Of a stretch of 64,000 nt of DNA, positions 47,553 through 59,500 are shown piece by piece. The notes below the pieces were generated by a model. The model saw only the letters and a list, made by a program, of their open reading frames with translations. It ran no database searches and was not told the origin of the DNA. This DNA is from Eledone cirrhosa. Its lineage: Eukaryota. The stretch lies in NCBI GenBank assembly GCA_964016885.1, contig OZ024743.1:276706001-276770000 (forward strand). The letters run 5' to 3'. Every line of letters begins with the position of its first letter. Positions within the stretch are counted from its first letter, which is position 1. Both the position numbers and the translations under genes were made by a program.

Positions 47553-50500
47553 CTACAGGCGCATGATCAGAGTAGGCCCACTCACGCGGGCCATTCTCGC
47601 CACATTCACCCACCTTTCAGTAAATGTACTGGGGGGCAGCACTTCTCTCTCCACCCTCACCTTCCTTTCCAAGTGAAACTTGAAGAAGTTGATGAGGGAT
47701 TGGCCGAAGAGAAAAGTGTCTGTCTTCAGTCCTTTCAACCTGGTCCACCATGCAACCTCTTTCGCTACTGCCACCAGGCAGAGGAAAATTGCCTGCCCTT
47801 CCTGACCAAAAGAAGGCGGCGGGTCAATCTTCACTATGGACTCGGACGATAGCCGGATCCGTTCTACACGCGACAATAGCTGTTCGACATAACCCCACAA
47901 GTCAGCAATGCACGGACACTGGACGAGTGCGTGCAGAACGGTTTCGTCGCTCTGCGCGCATCTCGGGCAGGTTCGTCTGACAGCACTTCCGTGCCTGTAG
48001 AGTTTATCCCGAACCGGCAGCGCCCCCCGGTAGCACTGCCAAGCGAGGGATTTCTGGAAGTTATCCATCGTCCCCGGCTCGAAAGTCCTCCGGAACATAC
48101 TGGTCAGTTCTACTTCGTTGACGCCCAGAGCCTCTCCTAGTACGTCATCGCACTTGCCCTCCACTAATCCTCTATAGAAATCTTGAGTGGAAGTTCCACT
48201 GACCGCATTGCCCACCTTGCAGAGTGCAGTGAGCGCCTGGCAACATTCCAGATGCCAGTCGCCCAGTCTCGGTCTCTTCTTGACCCAGGACTGCAGCTCA
48301 GTCAAAGAGATGAGCTGCGGAAAGGCCCGTCTAACAAACGGCGACCACACCTGTTCACCGTTTAGGCAAAATATCTGGAGATGTCGCAGCCTCAGCGCAT
48401 GTCTGCGCATCATTAGCCACGGCATGCCCAGCCCTCCACGAAGAGGGTGCTGGCAGCAGATGGACCGCCTCACCAACGGGACCCGTCCCCTCCACAAAAA
48501 TTTGAAAAGGAGCCGTTCCAAATTGGCGAGGCGTGGACGGGGGCAAGGCACGACGGTCAGGCGGTAGTAGATGACGGACGCGATGTACGCGTTCGCCACC
48601 TCCGCCCGCCCTTTCAGTGATAGCTTTCTCTCAGCCCATTTCTGGGTGAGGTTGGCTATCCTGCTCGTCACCTCGTCCCAATTCTTATCCACCTGGAGGT
48701 CTGGTCCGAACCAAACCCCGAGCAACTTTACCGGTCCGTCTGTCCAGCGCCCAACGACGCTGTTGGACGGCATGGACTTGCCTCTCCAGGTGCCGAGCTG
48801 CAAGCCCACCGACTTTTCCGGGTTAAGTTTTGCTCCCGTCAACCTTTCATATTCCTCCAAATGGGTGCGGATCACCTCGATTTCCGAGGTGTCCGACACC
48901 ATCACGGTGATGTCGTCCGCATAAGCGGACGCAGCCTTTCTACGTCCCGGTTCGAGCGGGATGCCCTGCAACAACTCCAGCTTCCGCAGTAGAGGCTCAA
49001 GAGTCAATACGTACAGAAGTGAGGAGAGAGGGCACCCTTGACGGACCGATCGAGAGATCTGAAACGGTTCCGAGAGGTGGCCATTAACTTTGACCACCGA
49101 GCGGATGCCGCTGTACATTGCAGCGATCCAGCTTCTGAAGACGGGGCCGAAGCCAGCCGCCTCGAGGACAGCCTCCAAGTACCGATGGTCGACCCTATCG
49201 AATGCTTTCGATTGATCTAAATTGATCAGAGCCCCACCGAAGCCAGGTTTGCACCCAACCCTCTCTATGATGTATCGCATGAGGTGGAGGTTGTCATGTA
49301 TGGACCTGGTCGGGATTGCGCAAGTTTGCGCCTCCCCAACCAAATCTTTGACGACAAGCGCCAACCTTTTCGCTAACACCTTGGCCAAAATCTTAAACTC
49401 TGTGTTGAGCAGGGTTATGGGCCTGAAATTATCTAGTGTGTCCCTCTTGTTCTCGTCTTTCCTTATCAGCGTCACTACGCCACGGCTCACAGAACTGGGA
49501 ATGCTCCCGTTCTGCTGCCAGTTGCAGTAGAGCGCTTCGAGGAGATCGGAGAACAAGTCTGGCATATTTACGTAAAGCTCGTAGGGCAGACCATCCAAAC
49601 CGGGTGACTTGCGACTCGAGCAGCCGACAAGGGCGTCCTGAATTTCGGCTGATGTTATCGGCTCTTCGCAGCGCTCAGCGTCGGCCGTCGAGAGGCGTGG
49701 CAAGCCGTCGAGGTAGGGACTGAAGTCCGCCGCCGTCTCCGACTCACCCATCCTCCCGAACAATCGAGCAAAGTGCTGGCGAAAGGCCTCACACATCTGC
49801 TTGGAATCGCTCAGTTCGTGTCCATCTCGATCCGTCAAAGACCGAATTGTGGTTTTATTTCCACGCTGCGTCTCTGCAAAGCGAGCCCATCGGGCAGCTT
49901 TGGTTCCCTCGTTCCTCAGAGCACGCGCCTTAGCTCTGACAATGCAACCTTCGTGTTTCGCATTGAAGAAATGGTCTAGTGCCATTCTCGCCGCTAGCAC
50001 GTCTGTTGCAATGCCACTACAAATAGCCTCGTCTAACTTAGCTATCAGCCCCTCCTCCTTTCTATTTTTCTCTATTGCTACTTCTTTGCTAAATCCTATC
50101 GAGGTTGCTCTAATCTCTCTTTTGAGTGCCCCCCACCACCTGTTGTTGACAACCCCCCCTGTCAACTTTTGCTTAACTAAGTTGTTGACCCGGTCCCTGT
50201 AAGCTTTACGTGCCGGAAACGACATGTTTAGCTTCCAGTAGCTAGGTCCTAACCTACGTGTCTTATCTAGGTCGACCATACAGATCACAAGCTTGTGATC
50301 TGAATAGGCAACCGTTTTAAAATGTGGACATCCTACACTATTTCTATCTCTTTTCCTAATGAAAATCCTATCTATGTACGATCTAGATGACCCTATGCGA
50401 TTGGTCCAGGTCCATACTGGCGCATTAGGGAAATCTAGTCGGTACCTGTCAGACAGTTGAAACTGGCTGATCAGGTACTTGAGGCTTTTGCACCCCCCGC

Positions 50501-50972
50501 TCCTATCAGATACTCCCACACAATCCCAGCGTGCTTCTAAGATGCCATTCCAATCCCCTATTAACAGTAAAGGGCGAGACGTAAGCAGAAAGTTTTCCAG
50601 GCGCCTAAAGAAGTCCGGCCGACCGGCCCCAGTAGGGGCGTAGACGGCCACCAGTCTAAAGGCACCACCTTCGCTATTGCTCACGTCCAGGACCACCAAC
50701 TTTCCGTCAGGATCCCGGAAGATTGACCTTACCTCGAGATCCAGACATTTCCTAAACAGCACAGCCACTCCACCTCCCATTCCCGGCCGACTAACAGATG
50801 CAAAGATCTGATAATCGTCGAAAATCGGCGCCAGTGCGCGTGTGTCGGAAATTCTGGTCTCGCTGATGGCAATTACATCCATTCCTAGTGACCTGAGGTC
50901 GTTGAGCAAGTGACCTTGCTTCCAGGGCGACCCCAGGCCACGAACATTTAAACTTCCTACTCTTATGGCCAT
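47553..50972 (-). CDS. Tx1 ORF2 (1139 aa), copy C
   Basis: Same protein as copy B; one synonymous change seen at 49296. Confidence 0.95.
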   Translation of the reverse strand: MAIRVGSLNVRGLGSPWKQGHLLNDLRSLGMDVIAISETRISDTRALAPIFDDYQIFASVSRPGMGGGVAVLFRKCLDLEVRSIFRDPDGKLVVLDVSNSEGGAFRLVAVYAPTGAGRPDFFRRLENFLLTSRPLLLIGDWNGILEARWDCVGVSDRSGGCKSLKYLISQFQLSDRYRLDFPNAPVWTWTNRIGSSRSYIDRIFIRKRDRNSVGCPHFKTVAYSDHKLVICMVDLDKTRRLGPSYWKLNMSFPARKAYRDRVNNLVKQKLTGGVVNNRWWGALKREIRATSIGFSKEVAIEKNRKEEGLIAKLDEAICSGIATDVLAARMALDHFFNAKHEGCIVRAKARALRNEGTKAARWARFAETQRGNKTTIRSLTDRDGHELSDSKQMCEAFRQHFARLFGRMGESETAADFSPYLDGLPRLSTADAERCEEPITSAEIQDALVGCSSRKSPGLDGLPYELYVNMPDLFSDLLEALYCNWQQNGSIPSSVSRGVVTLIRKDENKRDTLDNFRPITLLNTEFKILAKVLAKRLALVVKDLVGEAQTCAIPTRSIHDNLHLMRYIIERVGCKPGFGGALINLDQSKAFDRVDHRYLEAVLEAAGFGPVFRSWIAAMYSGIRSVVKVNGHLSEPFQISRSVRQGCPLSSLLYVLTLEPLLRKLELLQGIPLEPGRRKAASAYADDITVMVSDTSEIEVIRTHLEEYERLTGAKLNPEKSVGLQLGTWRGKSMPSNSVVGRWTDGPVKLLGVWFGPDLQVDKNWDEVTSRIANLTQKWAERKLSLKGRAEVANAYIASVIYYRLTVVPCPRPRLANLERLLFKFLWRGRVPLVRRSICCQHPLRGGLGMPWLMMRRHALRLRHLQIFCLNGEQVWSPFVRRAFPQLISLTELQSWVKKRPRLGDWHLECCQALTALCKVGNAVSGTSTQDFYRGLVEGKCDDVLGEALGVNEVELTSMFRRTFEPGTMDNFQKSLAWQCYRGALPVRDKLYRHGSAVRRTCPRCAQSDETVLHALVQCPCIADLWGYVEQLLSRVERIRLSSESIVKIDPPPSFGQEGQAIFLCLVAVAKEVAWWTRLKGLKTDTFLFGQSLINFFKFHLERKVRVEREVLPPSTFTERWVNVARMARVSGPTLIMRL

Positions 50973-51001
50973 GCTGGCAGGATGAATGGGAGAGGAAAGG
51001 T

Positions 51002-52912
51002 TTACTTACCTTCCGGGGTCTTGTGAAGGTCGGGTGGTTCGACCTCCATGGTTTGTGGGGTTTCTTTTGGGAACCCCTTTAATAGTCTTGACGTGGGTTT
51101 TACGTTCGGGGTTCCCACATCCCGAGGAAAGCTCTTTCGAATTTCTTTGTATGAAGCGAGCGACATTCGCATCAGAAGCAAATTATCTGGTACGCGAAAT
51201 GTGCTCGCTTCAAATGTTTCCCCGTCTTTTTCGATGTTTGTGCTTCGTGCTACATGGGCCATCAATTCCTTGTTGGCCCTTCTGGCAAGCACGAAGTTTT
51301 TAATGTTTTGTTGCTCGGGTTTTATTTGTTCGTGTGATTGTGGTGGTGATAGCTTTGTTAGTGTTGTTTCTATTGTGTCTGCGTTTGTTGTGGGTGGGGT
51401 GTCTGTAGTTTCTGATGTTTGTGTGTCTATTTGTTCTTGTGTCTGTTTAGCTTGTTTGCGTTTGGGGGATTGTGGTGGTTGTGTTGGTGATGCTGTGGGG
51501 AAAATGTTTGTGTGGGTGGTGTGTGTATTTTTTTTTGTGGGGGTGTTTGTGCTTTGTGGATTTCTTTTTTTTTTGTGTTTTGTTTTTTGTATTTTGGGGG
51601 ACTTTGGTTTTCCCTCATCTTCACTGCTGGAGGATGAGGGGTCTGTGGCTGTGAGCGTGTTTGTGTCTGAGTGAGTGTTTATGTTCTTGTTCGTGTGTGT
51701 ATTTTGGGGGGGAGGGGGAATGGGAGAGCTTTCCTCGTTTCCCCCCTGGGTGTGCAATTTTGGTGGTTCCATTGTTGACGGTGTTGCTGGTGGTCCTTGT
51801 CCCGGCGTCGCCAGCAGTGGAATCTTTCGACCCCTTGCGCTTTTCGGCAGTTGAGGGCAGAAGGCTCGCAAGTGTGTCGTTTCCCCACAAAGGAAACAAT
51901 GCGGCCTTTTGCCCTCAGTCATTATATGCAACACCCTCCCGTTTTGGAGGCGGATGTGGTCCGGGATTGTTTTTACGTTTTCGGGTCTGATTTGGAGCAG
52001 TATCTCCAGATCAACCCCGGACCAGTCGTCCCTGGCAGTTCTCGTTGCCTCTACCGGGACTGTATCCGTTCCTTCCACGATTACGCAACCCAGGAGCCAC
52101 CACATATCAAGTCCTGGTGGAATCCTGGGAATGCGCACACGTGCTATTCGTTTTCCCATGTGGGAGGGGTACATTATGACCTTGCTGGTTTTGCAAGGGG
52201 TCATTGAATGCTTCACAGCGAGGGCTTCAGACTTGAACAGCACCGAAACGGTGCCGTATTGCCTGCCCCTCTCTATGAAGTCTGTGTCCTCTCTGATGTA
52301 TTTCAGTGCGGCTTCTATGTCAGCTTGGGCGATTATCGCTGCCCTCTTTGTCTCTACTGAGATGCATCTGAAATGCACCGTTCTTTTTTCCACTGCCTCA
52401 ATGGCTTCTGCCGGGACAGTTAAGTTTGCCCAGGTCTGCTCTTGATTTATGATTTTCCAGGCCTGGGCCAACTTTTCCTCTCTGTTGGTTAAGTCGATGC
52501 TGTAGCATGGTCTCCTTTTAGCCGCTGCCACAGCAGCGAAAGTGTTCTTGTTGGTGTTGTCACTGTTGTTGTTCTTGTTGGTGTTGCTGCTGCTATTGCT
52601 GTTGTTGTTCTCCCCTGTGTCGTGGTTACCTTCTGTGCTGTTGGCCTTGTTGGTGCTGCTGCTGTCGCTACTATTACTCTCTGTGCTGTTCGTTTTGTTG
52701 GTGCTCTCGCTATTACCACCTTCTGCGCTGTTCGGCTTGTTGGTGTTGGTGTTGTCGCTGTTACCACCTTCCGCGCCGCTCGGCCCGTTGGTGCTGGCAC
52801 TGTCGCTGCTCACATTCGTGCTGGTGGCGCTCCTCGCCTCACCTCTCCTCTCAACGCTCAAGTCGCCGTTGCACGACAGCAGACCCGCCTCTAGGGGGCG
52901 TGGCTCCGCCAT
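51002..52912 (-). CDS. Tx1 ORF1 (636 aa), copy C
   Basis: Same protein; one synonymous change seen at 52771. Confidence 0.9.
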   Translation of the reverse strand: MAEPRPLEAGLLSCNGDLSVERRGEARSATSTNVSSDSASTNGPSGAEGGNSDNTNTNKPNSAEGGNSESTNKTNSTESNSSDSSSTNKANSTEGNHDTGENNNSNSSSNTNKNNNSDNTNKNTFAAVAAAKRRPCYSIDLTNREEKLAQAWKIINQEQTWANLTVPAEAIEAVEKRTVHFRCISVETKRAAIIAQADIEAALKYIREDTDFIERGRQYGTVSVLFKSEALAVKHSMTPCKTSKVIMYPSHMGKRIARVRIPRIPPGLDMWWLLGCVIVEGTDTVPVEATRTARDDWSGVDLEILLQIRPENVKTIPDHIRLQNGRVLHIMTEGKRPHCFLCGETTHLRAFCPQLPKSARGRKIPLLATPGQGPPATPSTMEPPKLHTQGGNEESSPIPPPPQNTHTNKNINTHSDTNTLTATDPSSSSSEDEGKPKSPKIQKTKHKKKRNPQSTNTPTKKNTHTTHTNIFPTASPTQPPQSPKRKQAKQTQEQIDTQTSETTDTPPTTNADTIETTLTKLSPPQSHEQIKPEQQNIKNFVLARRANKELMAHVARSTNIEKDGETFEASTFRVPDNLLLMRMSLASYKEIRKSFPRDVGTPNVKPTSRLLKGFPKETPQTMEVEPPDLHKTPEGK

Positions 52913-53244
52913 GTTTTTTTGAGAAAAAATTATTATTTTTTTTCAAAATAAAGTTCAAATATTTGGGCCAAAAGGCCCAAATATTATGAGTTATTCCTTC
53001 ACAGGATACAAATTAATGTCTTATAATGCTTCAGCGGTACAAAAAATAAACAATTCTCTACAATTAATCCTCAAAAATTGCTTACTCACGGAGCTTCAAA
53101 AAACGTACATCCACTTTCGTCAATAATAATAATAATAATAGTAATAATAATAAATATTATTATCATTACTATTGTTGTTGTTATTTTTATTATGGTACAA
53201 ATGATTATTATAAAAAGAAATGTTAAAAATAATAATTTTCCTTT

Positions 53245-53476
53245 ATTCTGAGTTGAAATCAACCGAGATTGACTTTGCCTTTCATCCTTACGGCGTCGAT
53301 AAAATAAAGTACCAGTAATATACTCATAATTGCTGGCCTTGTGCCAAAAGTAGAAACAATTATTACAGTAATATTAAAAGTTACGGCCCTTTATGTCCTG
53401 AGATCAAAGTCCGCCGAGGTTAACTTTGCCTTTCATCCTTACCGAGTCGATAAAATAAAGTACCAGTAATACACTG
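53245..53476 (+). mobile_element. Two tandem partial SINE copies (53245-53363, 53385-53476)
   Basis: Both have CTTTGCCTTTCATCCTTAC..GTCGATAAAATAAAGTACCAGTAAT. Confidence 0.8.
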
Positions 53477-53505
53477 TGTATTTAATGGCATTGTGATTGA
53501 CATTA

Positions 53506-56500
53506 TTGTTGTTGGTATTGTTGTTGTTGGTAGTGTTGTTGTTGGTATTGTTGTTGTTGGTAGTGTTGTTGCTGGTAGTGTTGTTGTTGGTATTGTTGTT
53601 GTTGGTATTGTTGGTGTTGGTATTGTTGTTGTTGGTAGTGTTGTTGTTGGCAGTGTTGTTACTGGTATTGTTGTTGTTAGTGTTGTTGTTGGTATTGTTG
53701 TTGTTGGTAGTGTTGTTGTTGGTAGTGTTGTTGTTGGTAGTGTTGTTGTTGTTAGTGTTGTTGTTGGTATTGTTGTTGTTGGTAGTGTTGTTGTTGGTAG
53801 TGTTGTTGTTGTTAGTGTTGTTGTTGGTATTGTTGTTGTTGGTAGTGTTGTTACTGGTATTGATGTTGTTGTTAGTGTTGTTGTTGGTATTGTTGTTGCT
53901 GGTAGTGTTGTTGCTGGTATTGTTGTTGTTGGTAGTGTTGTTACTGGTATTGTTGTTGTTGGTATTGTTGTTGTTGGTAGTGTTGTTGTTGGCAGTGTTG
54001 TTACTGGTATTGTTGTTGTTAGTGTTGTTGTTGGTATTGTTGTTGTTGGTATTGTTGTTGCTGGTAGTGTTGTTGCTGGTATTGTTGTTGCTGGTATTGT
54101 TGTTGTTGGTAGTGTTGTTGCTGGTATTGTTGTTGTTGGTAGTGTTGTTGCTGGTATTGTTGTTGTTGGTATTGCTGTTGCTGGTATTGTTGTTGGTGGT
54201 AGTGTTGTTGTTGGTATTGTTGTTGTTGGTAGTGTTGTTGTTGGTAGTGTTGTTGTTGGTATTGTTGTTGTTGGTAGTGTTGTTGTTGGTATTGCTGTTG
54301 CTGGTATTGTTGTTGGTGGTAGTGTTGTTGTTGGTATTGCTGTTGCTGGTATTGTTGTTGGTGGTAGTGTTGTTGTTGGTAGTGTTGTTGCTGGTAGTGT
54401 TGTTGCTGGTATTGTTGTTGTTGGTAGTGTTGTTGTTGGTATTGCTGTTGCTGGTATTGTTGTTGGTGGTAGTGTTATTGCTGGTATTGTTGTTGCTGGT
54501 AGTGTTGTTGCTGGTATTGTTGTTGTTGGTAGTGTTGTTACTAGGATTGTTGTTGTTGGTAGTGTTGTTGTTGGTAGTGTTGTTGTTGGTAGTGTTGTTG
54601 CTGGTATTGTTGTTGTTGGTATTGTTGTTGTTGGTATTGTTGTTGTTGGTATTGTTGTTGTTGGTATTGTTGTTGCTGGTAGTGTTGTTTTTGGTAGTGT
54701 TGTTGTTGGTATTGTTGTTGTTGGTAGTGTTGTTGTTGGTATTGTTGTCGTTGGTAGTGTTGTTGTTGGTAGAGTTGTTGTTGTTGCTGGTATTGTTGTT
54801 GGTAATGTTGTTGTTGGTAGTGTTGTTGTTGGTAGTGTTGTTACTGGTATTGTTGTTGGTAATGTTGTTGTTGGTAGTGTTGTTGCTGGTAGTGTTGTTG
54901 TTGGTAGTGTTGTTGTTGGTAGTGTTGTTGTTGGTATTGTTGTTGTTGGTAGTGTTGTTGTTGGTAGTGTTGTTGTTGGTATTGTTGTTGTTGGTAGTGT
55001 TGTTGTTGGTAGTGTTGTTGTTGGTATTGTTGTTGTTGGTAGTGTTGTTGTTGGTAGTGTTGTTGTTGGTAGTGTTGTTGTTGGTATTGTTGTTGCTGGT
55101 ATTGTTGTTGTTGGTAGTGTTGTTGCTGGTATTGTTGTTGTTGGTATTGTTGTTGTTGGTAGTGTTGTTACTGGTAGTGTTGTTGCTGGTATTGTTGTTG
55201 TTGGTATTGTTGTTGTTGGTAGTGTTGTTACTGGTAGTGTTGTTGCTGGTAGTGTTGTTGTTGGTATTGTTGTTGTTGGTAGTGTTGTTGCTGGTAGTGT
55301 TGTTGCTGGTAGTGTTGTTGTTGGTATTGTTGTTGTTGGTAGTGTTGTTGTTGGTATTGTTGTTGTTGGTAGTGTTGTTACTGGTATTGTTGTTGTTGGT
55401 ATTGTTGTTGTTGGTAGTGTTGTTACTGGTAGTGTTGTTGTTGGCATTGTTGTTACTGGGATTGTTGTTGTTGGTAGTGTTGTTGTTGGTAGTGTTGTTG
55501 TTGGTAGTGTTGTTGTTGGTATTGTTGTTGTTGGTATTGTTGTTGTTGGTATTGTTGTTGCTGGTAGTGTTGTTGTTGGTAGTGTTGTTGTTGGTAGTGT
55601 TGTTGTTGGTAGAGTTGTTGTTGGTATTGTTGTTGCTGGTAGTGTTGTTGTTGGTAGTGTTGTTACTGGTAGTGTTGTTGCTGGTAGTGTTGTTGCTGGT
55701 AGTGTTGTTGTTGGTAGTGTTGTTGTTGGTAGAGTTGTTGTTGGTATTGTTGTTGTTGGTAGTGTTGTTGTTGGTAGTGTTGTTGTTGGTAGAGTTGTTG
55801 TTGGTAGTGTTGTTGTTGGTAGTGTTGTTGTTGGTATTGTTGTTGTTGGTATTGTTGTTGTTGGTATTGTTGTTGCTGGTAGTGTTGTTGTTGGTATTGT
55901 TGTTGTTGGTATTGTTGTTGTTGGTATTGTTGTTGTTGGTAGAGGTGTTGTTGGTATTGTTGTTGTTGGTAGTGTTGTTGTTGGTATTGTTGTTGTTGGT
56001 ATTGTTGTTGTTGGTAGTGTTGTTGTTGGTAGTGTTGTTGCTGGTAGTGTTGTTGTTGGTAGTGTTGTTGTTGGTAGTGTTGTGGTTGGTAGTGTTGTTG
56101 CTGGTAGTGTTGTTGCTGGTAGTGTTGTTGTTGGTAGTGTTGTTGTTGGTAGAGTTGTTGTTGGTATTGTTGTTGTTGGTAGTGTTGTTGTTGGTAGTGT
56201 TGTTGTTGGTAGTGTTGTTGTTGGTAGTGTTGTTGTTGGTAGTGTTGTTGCTGGTAGTGTTGTTGTTGGTAGTGTTGTTGTTGGTAGTGTTGTTGTTGGT
56301 AGAGTTGTTGTTGGTATTGTTGTTGCTGGTAGTGTTGTTGTTGGTATTGTTGTTGTTGGTATTGTTGTTGTTGGTATTGTTGTTGCTGGTATTGTTGTTG
56401 TTGGTATTGTTGTTGTTGGTATTGTTGTTGTTGGTAGTGTTGTTACTGGTAGTGTTGTTGTTGGTAGTGTTGTTGTTGGTATTGTTGCTGTTGGTAGTGT

Positions 56501-59500
56501 TGTTACTGGTATTGTTGTTGTTGGTAATGTTGTTGTTGGTGGTGTTGTTACTGGTAGTGTTGTTGCTGGTAGTGTTGTTGTTGGTATTGTTGTTGTTGGT
56601 AGTGTTGTTACTGGTATTGTTGTTGTTGGTATTGTTGTTGTTGGTGGTGTTGTTACTGGTAGTGTTGTTGTTGGTATTGTTGTTGTTGGTAGTGTTGTTG
56701 TTGTTTGTATTGTTGTTGTTGGTAGTGTTGTTGCTGGTAGTGTTGTTGCCGGTATTGTTGTTGCTGGTAGTGTTGTTGCTGGTAGTGTTGTTGTTGGTAT
56801 TGCTGTTACTGGTATTGTTGTTGCTGGTAGTGTTGTTGCTGGTATTGTTGTTGTTTGTATTGTTGTTGTTGGTAGTGTTGTTGCTGGTAGTGTTGTTGTT
56901 GGTAATGTTGTTGTTGGTGGTGTTGTTACTGGTAGTGTTGTTGCTGGTATTGTTGTTGCTGGTAGTGTTGTTGCTGGTATTGTTGTTGCTGGTAGTGTTG
57001 TTGCTGGTATTGTTGTTGTTGGTAGTGTTGTTGCCGGTATTGTTGTTGTTGGTATTGTTGTTGTTGGTAGTGTTGTTGTTTGTATTGTTGTTGTTGGTAG
57101 TGTTGTTGCTGGTAGTGTTGTTGCTGGTAGTGTTGTTGCTGGTATTGTTGTTGTTTGTATTGTTGTTGTTGGTAGTGTTGTTGCTGGTATTGTTGTTGCT
57201 GGTACTGTTGTTGTTGTTATTGTTGTTGCTGGTATTGTTGTTGTTTGTATTGTTGTTGTTGGTAGTGTTGTTGCTGGTAGTGTTGTTGTTGTTTGTATTG
57301 TTGTTGTTGGTATTGTTGTTGTTGGTATTGTTGTTGTTGGTATTGTTGTTGTTGGTAGTGTTGTTGTTGTTTGTATTGTTGTTGTTGGTATTGTTGGTAT
57401 TGTTGTTGTTGGTATTGTTGTTGTTGGTAGTGTTGTTGCTGGTATTGTTGTTGTTGGTATTGTTGTTGTTGGTATTGTTGTTGTTGGTAGTGTTGTTGTT
57501 GTTTGTATTGTTGTTGTTGGTATTGTTGTTGTTGGTAATGTTGTTGCTGGTAGTGTTGTTGCTGGTAGTGTTGTTGTTGGTAGTGTTGTTGTTGGTAGTG
57601 TTGTTGCTGGTAGTGTTGTTGTTGGTATTGCTGTTACTGGTATTGTTGTTGCTGGTAGTGTTGTTGCTGGTATTGTTGTTGTTTGTATTGTTGTTGTTGG
57701 TAGTGTTGTTGCTGGTAGTGTTGTTGCTGATATTGTTGTTGCTGGTAGTGTTGTTGCTGGTAGTGTTGTTGTTGGTATTGTTGTTGTTGGTAGTGTTGTT
57801 GTTGTTTGTATTGTTGTTGCTGGTAGTGTTGTTGTTGGTAATGTTGTTGCTGGTAGTGTTGTTGCTGGTATTGCTGTTGCTGGTATTGTTGTTGCTGGTA
57901 GTGTTGTTGCTGGTACTGTTGTTGTTGGTATTGTTGTTGTTGGTAGTGTTGTTGCTGGTATTGTTGTTGCTGGTAGTGTTGTTGTTGATATTGTTGTTGT
58001 TGGTAGTGTTGTTGTTGGTAGTGTTGTTGCTGGTAGTGTTGTTGTTGGTAGTGTTCTTGTTGGTAGTGTTGTTGCTGGTAGTGTTGTTGTTGGTAGTGTT
58101 GTTGTTGGTAGTGTTGTTGCTGGTAGTGTTGTTGTTGGTACTGTTGTTGCTGGTAGTGTTGTTGCTGGTAGTGTTGTTGCTGGTACTGTTGTTGTTGGTA
58201 TTATTGTTGCTGGTAGTGTTGTTACTGGTATTGTTGTTGTTGGTAGTGTTGTTGTTGGTAGTGTTGTTGCTGGTAGTGTTGTTGTTGGTATTGTTGTTGT
58301 TGGTATTGTTGTTGTTTGTATTGTTGTTGCTGGTAGTGTTGTTGCTGGTAGTGTTGTTGTTGGTAGTGTTGTTGTTGGTATTGTTGTTGTTTGTATTGTT
58401 GTTGCTGGTAGTGTTGTTGTTGGTATTATTGTTGCTGGTATTGTTGTTGCTGGTATTGTTGTTGTTGGTATTATTGTTGCTGGTAGTGTTATTGCTGGTA
58501 TTGTTGTTGCTGGTATTGTTGCTGCTGGTATTGTTGTTGCTGGTAGTGTTGTTGTTGGTATTGTTGTTGTTGGTATTGTTGTTGTTGGTAGTGTTGTTGC
58601 TGGTAGTGTTGTTGTTGGTAGTGTTGTTGCTGGTAGTGTTGTTGTTGGTAGTGTTGTTGCTGGTAGTGTTGTTGTTGGTAGTGTTGTTGTTGGTAGTGTT
58701 GTTGTTGGTAGTGTTGTTGTTGGTAGTGTTGTTGTTGGTAGTGTTGTTGCTGGTAGTGTTGTTGTTGGTAGTGTTGTTGTTGGTAGTGTTGTTGTTGGTA
58801 GTGTTGTTGTTGGTAGTGTTGTTGTTGGTAGTGTTGTTGCTGGTAGTGTTGTTGTTGGTAGTGTTGTTGTTGGTAGTGTTGTTGTTGGTAGTGTTGTTGT
58901 TGGTAGTGTTGTTGCTGGTATTGTTGTTGTTGGTATTGTTGTTGTTGGTATTGTTGTTGTTGGTAGTGTTGTTGTTGTTTGTATTGTTGTTGTTGGTATT
59001 GTTGTTGTTGGTAATGTTGTTGCTGGTAGTGTTGTTGCTGGTAGTGTTGTTGTTGGTAGTGTTGTTGTTGGTAGTGTTGTTGCTGGTAGTGTTGTTGTTG
59101 GTATTGCTGTTACTGGTATTGTTGTTGCTGGTAGTGTTGTTGCTGGTATTGTTGTTGTTTGTATTGTTGTTGTTGGTAGTGTTGTTGCTGGTAGTGTTGT
59201 TGCTGATATTGTTGTTGCTGGTAGTGTTGTTGCTGGTAGTGTTGTTGTTGGTATTGTTGTTGTTGGTAGTGTTGTTGTTGTTTGTATTGTTGTTGCTGGT
59301 AGTGTTGTTGTTGGTAATGTTGTTGCTGGTAGTGTTGTTGCTGGTATTGCTGTTGCTGGTATTGTTGTTGCTGGTAGTGTTGTTGCTGGTACTGTTGTTG
59401 TTGGTATTGTTGTTGTTGGTAGTGTTGTTGCTGGTATTGTTGTTGCTGGTAGTGTTGTTGTTGATATTGTTGTTGTTGGTAGTGTTGTTGTTGGTAGTGT

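Larger units (their letters stand above)
47299..53121 (-). mobile_element. Full-length intact Tx1-clade LINE, tandem copy C
   Basis: 5839-bp offset from copy B; (AAT)n on both sides. Confidence 0.95.

Noticed and set aside
36072-52922. Short antisense or overlapping ORFs repeated in each Tx1 copy
   Set aside because: Shadow ORFs of GC-richer coding DNA; they recur only because the unit is triplicated.
53420-55447. 675-aa mucin-like ORF as a confident gene
   Set aside because: The start Met is an incidental repeat variant, the end lies in a SINE, and there is no signal peptide or synonymous-change bias. Kept only as an open question.
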